A stretch of 62,951 nucleotides of DNA, counting the filler, from Hyphochytrium catenoides (lineage: Eukaryota; Protista; Hyphochytriomycota): NCBI GenBank assembly GCA_900088475.1. It is 9 parts of 9 records of this genome, joined end to end, with 100 filler letters (N's around TTAATTAATTAA, not from the genome) between each part and the next. Parts side by side here need not be neighbours in the genome. Positions count along the whole stretch, not along the records: positions 1 to 17,463 come from FLMG01001278.1; 8 more parts are not named here. The stretch is one strand, 5' to 3'. Positions 1-13,885 of the stretch are shown in pieces. The notes under the pieces were generated by a model. The model ran no database searches, had not been told where the DNA came from, and saw only the letters and a list, made by a program, of their open reading frames with translations. Position numbers and translations under genes: made by a program. The number at the start of each line of letters is the position of its first letter. Position 1 is the first letter of the stretch.

Positions 1-238
1 AGAGAGAGAAGGGTGAGAGGGGAGAGCGAGAGAGAGAGAGAGACAGAGAGACAGAGAAAGAAAGACCAGGAAAGGAGAGGGGCGAGAAAGAGTGGCTGAC
101 GAAGCACTGTGCTGTGCTTTGGAGAAGAAGAGTAATGAAAAAGGAGCTTGTCTGCGCTGAAGACACGGGAACAGAGAGCTGAGAGAGAGAGAGACTGGGA
201 GAAGAACATATTCTCTCGTTCACGCTTCTCTCTCACAG

Positions 239-1598
239 CTTGGAAGGTCTAAAGGTTGTGGAGCTACCCTTTGACTGGACCTACACCACCGACTATGGAG
301 GAAGCTTAAAAGTCTATCGCCAAGAAGAAGGCGGACGGAAGGTCAAGCATTCCTTCTCTCTCATTCTCTTTTATCTCTTTCTCTCTTTTTCCCCTCTTTC
401 TCCCTCTTCCGCCTTTTCTCTCTCTTTCCTCTTCTCTACCTGGATATCTTATCCTTTACATCCGTTCTTCCTTTCTTCTCGTCATCCTGGTTCTCCCTCC
501 TTTTTCTGAGTTTCCTTTGGACTCATTAAGTCAAACGTTATCCTCATCTCGCTACTCTCTGCACAAAAAAGCTTGCTGGCCAGGACAGGAACACAATATC
601 GCGGACTGAGGAAAAGATTGACTATGAACTCCTACGCCGCCCTGACCCCATCCTCTGGTACGACGAGGTAACGCTCTTTGAAGACGAGCTACACGATCAT
701 GGGCATGCCTGCATGAGCGTGAAAGTGGTGAGCCTCTCCTCTTAGTCTCTCTGTTCCCCTTCGTCTTTGTCATGTGCCACCGTCTCTCTCCTCGTTCTCT
801 CTCTCTCTACAACTTTTCTCTCTCTTCCCCTCTTCCCCGTCCATTATATCTGTCTTAATTTTTGTGCCCATATCTTATGTCTCGTTGTGCCTCTTTTCTT
901 CATATTTTCTGCCCTCCGTTTGGTCGCTAGGGCTAACGCTCTCTTTCTCAATACTTATCACCCTGTTCCTGCTTCTCTCTTATTCTCATCTGACAGCGCG
1001 TGATGCCTGGCAGCTTCTTCCTCCTTTGTCGTTTCTGGATGCGCTTGGATGGCGTGGTAGTCCGGGTCAATGACGCTCGAGTATTCCACCAATTTGGAAA
1101 GGACTACGTTCTGCGAGAGATTAATAGGAAAGAGCTCAAGTTTAACTCAAAGGTAAGGCAGGGCAAATGAGAACAAAGAAAGGAAGAGGAAACTGGACTT
1201 CTGTCAGTATGCAACCTTAAGATGTGAAGGCAGTCTACCTCACCTACTCAGAAGAGCCGAGAGAGAGGGAGAGATATAGAGAGGAATACATGGAGGCAGC
1301 TGTAAGGGAGGAGGGTAGTAAGTTGAGAAAGGTAGGGAGACGAAGAGAGAGAAAGAGACTGGTCAATGAGAACAGAGAAAGAGTGAGAGAGGTAAAGGAC
1401 GTAGAGAATGGAGGCACTTCTCAGGAAGTGTGGGAGGCTTAACCTGTCCCTCATCCTCCTCTGCAGAGCTTTCCCCCTCCAGATATGAGTCTCTATCGGG
1501 ACCCTAATCTCTTCCACAGCAAGCTGCCGACCCTCTGCTGCTATACTGAGAAGATAATGCTCTCTCCAGCCCCAGCAGCAGCCTCTCTCTCTTCTTGA
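239..1598 (+). CDS. TIPRL: TIP41-like protein (TOR/PP2A regulator), 3' part; 5' exons lie outside the window
   Basis: Exons 239-341, 584-727, 997-1152 and 1467-1598 splice in phase with GT-AG: ...PFDWTYTTDYGGSL...IDYELLRRPDPILWYDEVTLFEDELHDHG...[35 protein letters not shown]..., which are typical TIP41 motifs; TGA ends at 1598. Confidence 0.93.
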
Positions 1599-2254
1599 CA
1601 AAATGATAGAGGACAGTGGCCTCCATCACAATCAGGGACCTCAAGGATGGCGCTCCATATGTGAGACATGAAAGGTCATTGATTGCTTCTACCATCAAAT
1701 CGCTCCAAATCTTCATCCAAAGTTGAGGACATAATGCGTGCTATGCATGGAACAGAGAGGTCAAGTCCAAGCTATTTTCTCTCTTCTTTCTCTCTTCACT
1801 CCGTAAGCGAAGAAGGGTACTCGAAGATTCTTCCCCTGTTTCCCGGTTCCGTCCATCTTCATCAGCAGCAGGGGTTACCGTGGCTGCGGACGACATGAAT
1901 TGGACAGGAGGAGTTGGACGGGGATAACGCGGATTAGGAGGGAGGACCGATTAGAGTGAGACATATAAAACAACTGAAGCTTGCTGGATAGGAGCAAGGG
2001 TAGCGATAAGGGATAGTAAGGAGCCAGAATGACCCCGATGGTATGCGGAGATCATGCTATTCAATATTTATATGCCCATCCTTGTCCCACAGAGTGCCCT
2101 GTGAAGCCCGAACTCTAGCCCTCCTCCTCCTTGTAAGAAACATAGAAAAATCCTGGGTAGACCGCCTGCTTTCTTTCTCTCTCTCTCTTTACTCTCTCAC
2201 TTTCTTTCTCTCTGCCATTCTCTCTCTTCTGGCACTTTTGCGCCGAGGCGCACC

Positions 2255-4593
2255 TTACACACTGCCGCTCAAAATTCTTTCTACCGCTGCACTCACGTTA
2301 CCCATTGTAAGCGTGAGTGCTCTAATGTTCTGCTCCCTGTTACTGAACCCCATGTCCTGAAGCTGCTGCAACTCAGAAGCGTACCTCTCCTCTGGAGAAA
2401 CGGCTGGAGAGGACGAGGGTGCTCCCGCTGCTGCCTGGCCTGATCCCATGGAGGCGAGCAACTGGGAGAAGTCTAGAGGAGGAGAGGCAGAAGGGAGAGG
2501 ACCGGGAGAGAGACCACCAGCAGGGAAGAGCCCTGACTGAGAGAGCTGATTCATCGCCTGCCTCATCTGCATTAACGCAGCCATATTGTTTGGATCAGAG
2601 ATTGCTCTCAAAAACTCGGGGCTTTGAAGCTGTGCGCGGACTTGGGGGTTACTGTCCAGCAGAGTGCGGAGGTGCGGGTTCGAAGCCGCCATCTGCTCGA
2701 TCATCTGAGGGTTGCTTGCCATCTAGATTATACGGAGCTTGTCAGCAGAAGAGAGACGCGGACAGAGAAAGACATAGGCAGAAAATGATAATGAAGAACG
2801 CTAGCTAACGGAATGGAGCTTGAGTAGGAGGACCTGGAGTCGCTTTGTAAGCCCGCTAAGGAGAGCATGACAAGGAAGAACACACGGGCCTGGCTGAGGC
2901 ACCCTCACCTGCTGCATCATAGTCTGTACCATCGGGTTCTGCATCATCTGAGCCATTTGTTCAGGACCCATGCCTGCCAGAGCTTGTGATGGATCCATCG
3001 AGGGAAATCCTCCTCCTCCCATTGGAGGAAAACCCCCCATGGGAGGGAAGGGAAGAGCGAAGGGATTCCCCGCAGCTCCTCCTAAGCCTGTGGGAGCTCC
3101 AGTTCCCGTTGTGGCAGTAGACGAAGTAGTGCCGGGCTGTGAAGAGGCTAAAGAACCATGTAAGAGGAGTAACCAGAATGATTCGGCAGAACGAAGGGAG
3201 CTTTTCAAAAGACAGAGCCTTCACAGTGCCAGAAAGGCAGTGCCAGAAAGCACAGGTTAGAAACAGTCGAGACAAAAGTAATCCTTCAAGAAGAGCGAGG
3301 TCTTACCAGGAGCCCAGGGGTTAGGCATTGGTGCATTCACGGGCCCGGTTGAAGTACCCGTCGTACCCGGTGTGGTCGACGCTCCTGCTGCACCTCCGGC
3401 TCCAGCTGCAGCCCACGGATTACCAAACGATGAAGTTGCTGCCTCCATCAGTGGCTCCTGAACATCTTGGTACATCCTTCTGAGAGCGTTGAACCCCTCA
3501 GGATGCGCTTCTAGATTGGACATCGCTCGATCCTGGCTTCGCATCATCTCTCTCATCGCAGAGGGATTGCGGATTGCCTCCATCGTCTACCATAAACAGA
3601 AAAGGACAGAACAGAGGGAAGGAGGTTAGAGAGAAACCGACAAAAGAGCACGAGCATAGCAAGTAGCAACTCATCGAGACTGACTACTAGGCAGAAACAT
3701 GAGTCTAAAACAGTCGCGACAGAAAAACCTTAACCGACAGAAAGACCCATAAGCCCTACGGCTAGTTTCTGCCTCATCGTGTCTATCCTCTATCTGTACC
3801 TGACGAAGGAGCTCCGGCGACGAGAGGACGTGGTTCAGCTGCGGGTTGGCCTCAAGAACTGCTCTCATCTGAGGCGACGATAGAAGCATGGAGCGAAGCA
3901 GCTCTGGGTTACTTGTTAGGCTTTGCATGAGAGGAGAGTCTAGCATTTGCCTCATCATCTCTGGGTTTTGCATGAGCTGCTGTTGCATTCTACCCATGTC
4001 CCCTGCAGGCAAGGGAAAAGGAGATGCAGGGAAGCCTCCTGTTCCTGCCGGTGTGTCTCCGCCGAAAGGAGAAGGAGAGGCGGAGGATGGTGCAGAAGTG
4101 GGAGCGGAGGGAGCAGGAGAAGGAGAAGTGGTCCCTGGTGGAGCTGCACCCTTGACTAGATGAACTGCTGTGCCGCTTTCGACATCTAAAAGAGACGAGA
4201 AGGAGCAGAGGGTGACAGAAAGGACGAACTGAGCACGATCGTCTCATAATAAAGACGCCAGAGAGAGAGACACACAAAGACACAAGCAAAGAAAGAGAGA
4301 GAGACAAGCAAAGACACAAGCAAAGAAAAGAAGCAAGAAGAGCTCTATGGGAGGGATAGTGCAGACAGAGGACGAAGCGAGACAGCAAGAGACAGAGAGG
4401 CGAGGTACTCACTGTATGACTCTAACGTGAGGTTGTCCTTCAAAATTCTTCCTCTGTAGACAAGTCTCTGCTGTGGGGCAGGAACATTACTCTTCTCCTG
4501 CAGCTGTTCCTTAAATTCTGCCACCGTTTTGCTGGAATCTGTCTCAACGCTGAACTGTGTCCCATTGGACATCTTCACGGTCAGCTGCAGCAT
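2255..4593 (-). CDS. UBQLN: Ubiquilin / DSK2 (UBL - STI1 repeats - UBA), about 5 exons
   Basis: N-terminal ubiquitin-like domain MLQLTVK...[16 protein letters not shown]1 motifs ([15 protein letters not shown]; [34 protein letters not shown]) and C-terminal UBA ([38 protein letters not shown]). Confidence 0.96.
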
Positions 4594-5249
4594 CCTTCCT
4601 CTATCTGTTGTTTGCTCTCTCTCTCTCTCTGTGTCTCTCTCTCACAATCAGTCTCCTGCTTCTATCTTTCTTTCTATACGGAGGAACAAAGGAGCCAGGT
4701 CGTTGTGCGAAGATTACACGCCGGGAGGAGGAAGATATGGCGTGGTCAGAGGATATATGCAATGAGCGTTAAGCTCCGTCGCAGGCGCCGTCTCTTTTTT
4801 ACTCGATGGCTCGTGATGGTCGTGCTCTAAAAGACGCTAATCTCTCTCTCTATGTTCCCAATCACAAGGCTATAAACTTCTTACTTCTGCCACTGACGGC
4901 GACACAGAGCTCCTACAGCCTCGAAGGCAGGTCACTTACACCTCCTGTCAAAACTCTACCGTCTCTCTCTTCTCTCTCTNNNNNNNNNNNNNNNNNNNNN
5001 NNNNNNNNNNTCTCTCTCTCTCTTTCTCTTTCTCTCTCTCTCTCTGTGCAGTTCGATCATTGCAATCCTTCTGGCAGATTCGTCACACTGGTCAAAACGG
5101 GTCAATCGCACTTTCCAGGGCGGAATAGGAACAGAATTACTAGAACTTAGGTGGTTTCCATATCCACCCTCTGTGGCGGTCTACGTTCAGGTCCATAAGA
5201 GGCTTCACATCGGTAAATAGGACCAACATCGGTTTATGATTGAGAGCAG

Positions 5250-6085
5250 ACAACCTCACACAGAACTGCCCGGAACTGGGACAGGCGGCGATATATCAGG
5301 TAACTGTGAGGTTTCTCTATCATCGAAGTGCCACGAGTTCCGGCGCCCTTCCATCTAGAAATGTGTCAACTATCCCTAATAAGTAGGCAGGTCTTTGACA
5401 ATACCTTGGGAGGTTGGGCCAGGGGACGAAGACAAAAGAAGACCCCTTGACACGCGTTGTGACGATTGGCATCAGAACCCGATACATTGATAACTGTAGG
5501 TTACGCCCAGACTGTCAAAATGTGTGTCGAATAAAGGTCATCACCTGCCAAAGCTTCAGAAATCGAGTCACAGAGATTCTGCAGATTTCTTCAGAAAGGC
5601 CAACCGCCTTCTTTAACCCTGTGGAGCCGTCCAGAGCTGAAGATAGCTTCCAAGGCGACCGCCTTCTTTTTATATAGTGAGCACTACTTCGGCTGTTCTC
5701 TTCGTAGGTGGAAAGCGCTATTTTTTGTCGTAATAGAAAATTTAGGAGGTGCAAAGTTGTTACTCCTCGCAAGCGTGTGCGGCTCAAGTGACCTGTTTGG
5801 CTTTACTCGCTAAAATCTTACTCGGTAAGCTGGGAACACTGGTGGGAAATTACGAGGGTGGAGTTAAGGGCCAGTGCCGATCAATAAATAGTCCTCGACT
5901 GTTTCTACTGTCTTGTTGTTCCACGTTCTACTACTTTTCTATCCAGCAACCGCTGTCCTTCCTTCCCTCTCTATTCGGTGTTCAACGTTTAAGCTACGCT
6001 CTACCATTTGTCATCTTGATACCACCCAAAGCAGAGCAAACTCGCCGGTGAAGGTGTACTTGGTATCATCCCTTCTGATGGGATG
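5250..6085 (-). CDS. possible small multi-exon orphan gene
   Basis: Several AG...GT-bounded blocks join in phase (..ICRISVTRFLKLWQ | LSMYRVLMPIVTTRVKGSSFVFVPWPNLPR | WKGAGTRG..), but there is no recognisable motif and the start and stop are unclear. Confidence 0.2.
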
Positions 6086-6212
6086 GCGGTCGAAAGACTG
6101 CCTGTCTCGAGCATGTGCGGGTGAATCCTACTCTAGTCCATCATCCTCATGTGTACGAGAAGGATGATCTAAAAAATGCACCTCCGGGGGCATAAGCTTT
6201 GGTCCTCCCTTG

Positions 6213-8814
6213 TCACTCTTCGTCGGAGGAAGAAAAGAGAGGCGGACGGGTGCGCACAGCTCTTAGGGGTCTAAGAAAGGAAAGGTCGGTCCCTTCATGC
6301 TCCTCTTTTGTCTCCCTTTCAGCTCTCTCTATGACTTGCAGTATATTACGGGTTCGGGGTAGGGCTTCAGGAGCCGATGGCTGAGGAAGAGACTGGAAAT
6401 AAGGATGACGGAGGGCCTGGTAAAGGAATGGGTAAGAGTCAGGAGCTGATGGCTGAGAAGATACTGGAAATAAGGATGACTGAGGGCCCGATAAGGAATC
6501 CAGGGAGTAAGAGATCATGTTGGCTCAAGGTACGAGCAAAGATAAGCTTAAAAGCCAGAGCGTAAGGCTATCTACGGTTGTTTAGCCTAACCATGCTGAC
6601 TCGCATAATATAGCCCGACACCAAGTTAGGAGACAGCATAAGAGAGAGAGAAAGCATGCAATCGCACGGAGGTCGAAGTGGGATGAAGACGGGACAATGA
6701 CCCGAATTAGCAGCGAAGTAGCTAGGTAGATAATGCCAACGACCTCTCCTATCTGTGGATAAGAGATAGGACAGCGTTTTACCTCCTCCGCAGTGATCCT
6801 CGTCTTGGGATTGTAGTCCCAGAGTCGAGAGAGCAAATCAAGACAGTCCGGAGAAGCATCTGGGAAGAAAGAGGATAGTGGGGGAGGGGACGAAGGCTCG
6901 AAGTCGATGAAGGCCGGGAGTGATCGCATCTCCTGTCGTTTGAGCAATCGGAGAGATGATAAACGTAGGAATGCTTGTCGGAAAGAAAGCATCAACAGTC
7001 TCCACTCATATAGACCAAGAGAAGAAGACGTTGGACATGGACAATGCGAAGTAAGACCGCACTACACGGCCAAAGAGAGACAGAGCAGTTGAATAGATTA
7101 TGAGGTTGGCAGACAAAAGGGATGCCCAAAGACCACTGATGCTCCAGAATTATACTCAGAAGCGAGACAAACAAGGGTGTACGTCAGAGACTGTTCCCGT
7201 GATTGTAATGGAGTAGACGTACCGGCCAATGTTCTTCCTTAGGGTTTCCCAGCAGCTCAATGATCTTTCCCAGTTGGTCTAGGTCAGAACGGCCTGGGAG
7301 CACTACCTTACGAGACAGAAGCTCTCCCAGTACACAGCCACATGCCCACATATCTATAGGCTTCCCATACTGAAGACAACCAAAAAGAAGCTCTGGAGCG
7401 CGGTACCACCTGACATGTAGCAGGAAAAGCATGATTGAGGCCCATTTATGAGAGGAAGTCTGTTACAGCGACCATGTTCGATGTAGAGGATGCCTAAGAG
7501 GCCAAGGAGCTGACGTCCACCGGACAATTGTCTAAAAGAAAGCTAAGAGATAGAGCTAGGGTGCATCTAGGAGGAGATGTGAATCGACCATGAAGAACGA
7601 GAGGGGCCGACTGATCGTTTAAAGACCCACCAGAGAGGCACTTACGGAGTGACAACTTGAGGAGACATGCTTTCTCCTTCTTTCTCTTGAAACCGGGCGA
7701 AGCCAAAGTCAATGAGTCGTAGCACGCCATCTCGGTCCATTAGCACATTGTTAGGCTTTAGATCCTAAAAAGGAGGACCAGGAAGGAGATGCATGAGCTG
7801 CATAAATGAGACAAGAACAAACATCCAACGGCTTAGTAATGGGTGTGTGTGACACAAAGAGAGTCTGACAGCAAAGAGGCAGCCCGTTGAAATGATTATC
7901 GAGCGACAAAAAGAGAAAAGGGGTTTCAGTTAGTCTTACTCTGTGAATGATATGTCTGCTATGAAGATGCGCAAGGCCTTCTAGAATCATCTTCATGAAA
8001 CCTTTGACATGAGCGGGACTAATGACCAGAGACTCGTCCTGAATAATTCTTTCCAGATCTGATTCTAGCAGCTCCAGGACCAGATAAGTGCTCTCCTTGT
8101 GATGAAAAACGTCCAGAAGCTATGCATAGGCAGGGATGCAGACATGAGGAAGCTTGAGATGGGCCATCATTGTAAGAAAGCAAAGAGTGTCAACATGAAG
8201 CATGCGCTAGGGCAAGCTCCTACTGAGTTAACGCCAAGCAGGCACGCATGAGGCGAAGAAGCAAAGCTAACGGTTAACCCATGTCAAGGGGTTTCCATTG
8301 TCTCGTCAGTGCGCGGTCATGGCAGAAAAGGGAGAGGCGATCTGCTCAGAAGAAGGAAAGAAGTGAAGAATATTCATACTTTGACAATGTTAGGATGACC
8401 TTGTGCCCTCTGAAGCACTTTGATCTCCCTCATAGCTCTCTGGCAGCTGGAGGAAGGCGTAACCCCTTCTTTCCCTGTGAATATTTTCTTCATGGCCACC
8501 CTCTCTCCCGTGGGCCGTGATACCTGGGTAAGGGCCATTAGAGCTTGAACGCCAAAAAAAAATTCGCAAAGAGCAAGGGCTGACGATATCGAAGAGGTAG
8601 AAAGCGGTTCGGCTGAGAGACCGGGGCTGGAACCAAGAGGATCGGGAATGGGAGGAGGCAGAGCAACACCTGAGCATCCTTAAGCACAGCTAACAGACAA
8701 AGGAACAAGACAGGATACAATGGTCTTCGAGAAAGTCACTCTTAGGCTCACCCCATAAAAAACGACGCCATAGGTGCCGTCCCCTATCCGCTTCTTCTTC
8801 TCGTACTTCTCCAT
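6213..8814 (-). CDS. Cyclin-dependent kinase, CDK7 (CAK)/CDK20-like, 7 exons
   Basis: Spliced: [21 protein letters not shown]|[30 protein letters not shown]|LLDVF..|[63 protein letters not shown]|ALRHPYF. All catalytic motifs are intact. Confidence 0.92.
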
Positions 8815-9743
8815 CTTGGTAAAGGTCTCTTCCCCCTAGACGGAGCACTGGCCCCGAGGGAGCTCAATTGACGGCAGTATCGGCTTACTTTCTTCCAATG
8901 GCTGGTCTGCTTCTCCTGGTTTTCCTTTTCTCACCGTCCCTTCCGTGTTTGTTCTTCAGGCGGCCAGCAGCATCTCCCCACTCTGAAACTCTACCTATCG
9001 CTCTCTCTAGTCCACCCAATAAGCGCTCGAATAGTTTGCGAAGCACCAGTTGCCACTGCACTAAGGAGGCTACAGAGCAATAGGAGAACCCCTGACGCCT
9101 TCGTGGTAAGGCTCAACAACCAAGTGCCATAGGCAGAGGCGGTCTGCATCCCTCGCCACGATGCGCCAGCTCAGGATGATGAGAGCAACAGAGGCGCGAA
9201 GCTGAAGCTGATAAGATGATTCACTTGAGAATCTTTCTTCTACTCCTGGAGGAGTTCTGAAGGACCGAGGTGGGCCTCCCTCCTGCTGCTGCTGCAGCAG
9301 CCGCGGCGGCGGCGCGGCGGCGTTTCTCCATCCTCCTCAGCTCGATCATGGGCCTTCCTCTCTCGCAGCTTGCTCTTGAATAAGAAAGGGTCTAAGGTGA
9401 GCCTGTTGGCCCAGTTGTTCGTGTGCAGGAGCGTGACGGGCTTACAAGGGAGAAGAAAGCGAGAAAGCTGAGCAGGCCGCGTGAGAGAGAGACATCGAAC
9501 CAGAGAGGAGAGAGAGCGAGAGGAGAAGAGAATTGAATGGGATAGGAAGGAGGCTAACTTCTGCCTCTTTGATTCTGGAAGAGAAGCAGAATACCTGTCA
9601 AGGGAAGCCCGACCCATTAGCATCGAAGTGGGAATCCCCAGGAATCGGAACGGGCCTGCTAGGACAAAGGACCCTGTCAATCTTCCACAGTCGCAAGCGC
9701 GGGCTGAGGCGCAGCGCAGGCAGCTAAGGAGGACAGAGAAACA

Positions 9744-12700
9744 ATGCCAGGCTCTGACACGCAGATGAGATGCCGGGATTGCGGCCAACTCAAGATCTTA
9801 GAGCACTTTCGAGAAAATCAATGGGGAAACCCCAGACCACAGTGCAACTCATGCGGGGAGGAGAGTGCATTGCGCATGTTCGCACATGGTACGACTCCTG
9901 CCTCCTTCCCTCCCGCGTCCTTCTGCTCTTCCTATCCCACTCTTGCACCTATTCTCCTTATTAGATCTCACTCTCTGCATGGCAGCTCCAAAGCTTTGTC
10001 ATGCGATCGCTGCAATCATATGATGATCACTCCGAACGTGTATTCTCTCGCTGCCTCTCTTCCCTCTGTCTACCTCTTAGGCTTAATGGCATATTGTCCT
10101 TCTCATTGCTTAACACACCTCAAGGACAGCTCTCCTCGTAGTATTCCCTCTATCTGTCTCCAAGGGCAAGCGGTCCTTGGCTCTCCTCCTCTTGCTCCTC
10201 CTTCTCACTCTGCTTTTAGAGAGACTGCTCTGTCGGTTTTCGGCTTAAAGGTGGTCCTGAGGGTTGTTTATCTTCCTTCCTTGCTTGTCTAGGTATGAGC
10301 GAAATGGGTGGCCGGGTCATTCACAGGCCCGGTGGAGGCACAGAGACGACTTCCGACAAAAGAACAAAGAAAGAGGAGCCCTCGGAGGCTCTTCCGCGAC
10401 TAGAGGAAGGAACAGGTGAGCTGTGGGACTATCATCAATGTCTCTTCTTTGCATACTGCTGGATGTCTGGTCTCCATAGAGTTGCTTTCTTCTGCTTTCG
10501 ATTTGTCGTCTCACACTATCACTTCCTCTCGATAGGGCTTGACGAGAAGATAGAGAAAAGGCTTGCAGAGAAGAAGGTAAAGGACTTCTTTGCGATGCAT
10601 GTATTGTCTCTCTTCACTTGAAAATCTGATGCTGCGCATAGAACCTCCCGGGGCTCGCTTTTTTCCTTGAACTTTCGTTGGCTTTGACAGAAAGTAGTTA
10701 AAATCGTAGTCTGTCATCTTCGGTCTGTCTTATCCTGTCTCTCCGGCCCTACCTTGGCCCGCTTATATGCTCTTAGATCCTATTTTCTCCTCGTCCGTGG
10801 CTCCCTATCTTAAGAGCCACCCTCGTGCAGCGTGGGGCCATGCCTACCCCTCTTCTCCGATAAGAGATCTTGATAATGTCACTGTGTCCCGCCTTACATC
10901 CCTTCGGCCACTGTCACCGCAGGGTTCATCTTCGTTCTCGTTAGTTCATGAAGCTAATTTTGTAGCGGCAACATTTCACTTTATCCGTCCTCAGCAAACT
11001 CTCGTGACCCCTCCCCCTTTCCTAATCTCTCGTTGCTCCTTGCGATGACCGCGTTTTTCCGGGTACCTGCTCTTTGCGTTCTATGTTCAGGCGCAAGAGG
11101 GAGCCGTTAAGCCCCACGCGGCTCTTCCCCCGGCTAAGAGAGACCGGGACAAGCTTCCTGAAGGGCACCCTGACCGCGCTCAATTGTTCCGCAGCTGGTG
11201 TACTGGATGTCAGCTCGAGGCTCTGCAGGCTTCACGATGCTCCAGGTCCGAAGGGCCTCCTTCTTTTCCTCTGTTTGGAGCGTACTTTACTCCCCGTTTC
11301 CTCCCTCTGCTTCTCTTGATCTAGGGCGCTCTTTCGTTTATACATCATCCATCTCCGTCTCATGTCATCATCCTTTGCCTTTCTTGTCCCTTTTTTTCCC
11401 GCGTTCAGTGTCATAATGGTTGAGCATAGTGTATCTCTTACTTCGCGCTAACGATGACAATACCGTCCAGGTGCCGCGCGGCATATTTCTGCAGTCAGAC
11501 CTGTCAAAAGCAAGGTTGGAAGGCTCACAAGGAAGAGTGCCTTCCTGCACCCCCGCTTTCTTCTCCTCTTTCAGTCCCGAACGCAAAGCTTCAACACATC
11601 ATCACCACCAGTCATCTGCGAGTAGAGGACATACAAGGCCTTCATTCAGACTTTATTGACCAACAGAGTGCTGCTGTGGCCAAACTTCTCGCTTGTTTCC
11701 AGGTATAATGTTCGGAGAGTTCGAGCGCCTGGCTCCTCGAAAAAAATGAGAATGCGGCTAACCGTCGGCTCTACTCTGGCCCACCTGCTAGAATGTGATC
11801 ATCTCGCTCTATGACACGTTTCCTCACATCTAGCACCACCTGTTTCTCTGCTTAGTATCATGCACCTCGTTCTGCCTTCACTGAAGTTGATGTTTCAAGT
11901 GTAGTCTCTCACGCTCTTGCTCTCTCTCTCTCTTGCTCTTCTGCCGTCTAATCTTAGTCGGCCCCACCCACCCATCCGGATGTGCGGCAGCTCTTCTATG
12001 AGCTGAGGATCATACAAAGTCTTTGCGAGCTATTGCAGCTGTCGAAAGACTCCTCTTTGCAGACAGATGTACGAGCTGACGTTGCCCCTGGCAAGCTGTC
12101 GCTTTTGAATATTCTTCTCTTCTGTCTTACATCGTTACTTAGCCTGCAGCGCTGAGATATCCTCTGTACTATTCCCTTCCCATTGTGTCCTTTTGCAGGT
12201 TGTCATGCTGTTGGCTCGAGCAATTGAAGGGCACAGGAAAAATGTGACAACTCTGGTCAGATGTGGAGGCCTTTCTACGTTGCTTCTCCTTCTCTCGTCC
12301 TCTGAGCCCAGAGTAGGTGAGGACGTTGCAAAATTAGGGAATACATTCCCTCTTCCCCTTGCTCAGTCTAGCACTTGGTCTTCGTTGCCCTCAAACTTCC
12401 CCATGTCGCGCCCTATGCCCAACCTTTCCCGCGCTCGCAATTACCGTGTTCCTGAGAGGTCCTGACAGTGCTCCCTCTCTCTCTCGTTATCACTGCAATT
12501 CTTTCTGTTCTTCCTGTGTCTTCTTTTCTTTACCTTTGCGTGGACTTAGTGGCTATGTCGGCTGCTGCTTTGGGTGCCTGTCTCTCTGCATCGCTTGCTA
12601 CTGGTGAGCCCGTCCGCCGCCTGGGAGCCGTGCCCAGGCTTCTAGAAGCCATTTCGAGGGCGACAAAGGGGAATCTTAATGCTCATGAGGTGCGCCCGGG

Positions 12701-13847
12701 CCGAGTCTAGAGCAGGAAGAGGCGTGGAAAGCGTAGATGACGTTAGGTTTAGACGAGAGAGAGAAGCTGCCGCTGCTATGTTGTTTGCTGATAGACTAAT
12801 CAGTCAATGTCTTCTCTATGGAATGGATCGGGATTCCACTATCTCCGATTCCTAGTTGTTAGTTTGTGTGCAGTGCTCTGGCTCTCTTCTCTCTCTTCTG
12901 GACTGCTCGACTGAGGCTGCGGCTGCTGTCGTTGAGTTTTCGAAAGGTGTTCCAATCCTCCTCCATCTTTTGAACCAGCACCCTCTTCTCCTGGAAAGGG
13001 AGAGAGAGATGGGGGTCAAACTAGGTAAGGAGCCGTACTCTTTGGATCGCTGCTCTTTCTACCATTCTGCTTCAGGCTTCAGATTGCAAGTCTCTTTTCG
13101 CTCCAGCAACGGGTCTCCTCCTTCCCCTTCTCTGTCTCTTGCTAGCATTCAATGTTTTTCCTCACTCCCATTGTCTATTCATCCTCTGATAGTGTCCATC
13201 CGCTCTTTCCGCATATAACCTTTCCTCACATTGCCGTTGGCAAGCCTCACTTCCGCAGAGACTGGGTAAACGCTTACCTCTATGCCTCTGCAGGAACTCA
13301 CTCTCTTATCAACGCCTTTAATGTGCTGGGAAAGACTCTTCATGCCAAACTTCCTGAGCCAGTGCCTCCTTTGCTGTTAAGGGCAGGTGCAATAGAGGTA
13401 CTACTAGGATTTGTAGGAAGAAAGGATGATGGCAAGGAGGAAACGGAAGGACATTCTTCTCTGATGAACAGTGCCTGGAGCTCCGTCAAGGGCTTCATGG
13501 GCGGATCCTCTACTCCGCCGCCCTCGCGTGCTGCCTCGTCCTCCCTCTCCATCCCCTGGGAGCTGCAGGACCGTGCTCTCTGTCTGCTTCCTCCTCTTCT
13601 TGTGGAAGGACTAGGAGCAGATCGCTTCGTGGCAGAGGGAGGGCTCCGCTACGTCTTACAAGTTCTCAGAGAAAGGGCTGAGGAGAGCCGGGGCCTTACG
13701 AGAGCAAAGAGAGAGAATCTGAGTAAGGATAAAGAAGGCCAGACAGGGACTGCTACAGTCTTGAAGGCTGCGATTGACGTTTTGTCAGTCATCCTCCTCG
13801 CTCAGGGAGAGGAGCAGCAGGTGATTTTGAGATATAAACAAAGGAAT

Positions 13848-13885
<38 letters not shown>

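Noticed and set aside
9240-9788. 182-aa minus-strand ORF and GCC/GCT runs upstream of the CDK
   Set aside because: Overlaps the divergent promoter region and the first MYND-gene exon; no motif, likely UTR or promoter.
13251-13295. Apparent frameshift or GAG acceptor in the MYND-ARM gene
   Set aside because: A canonical CAG acceptor at about 13292 restores the phase.
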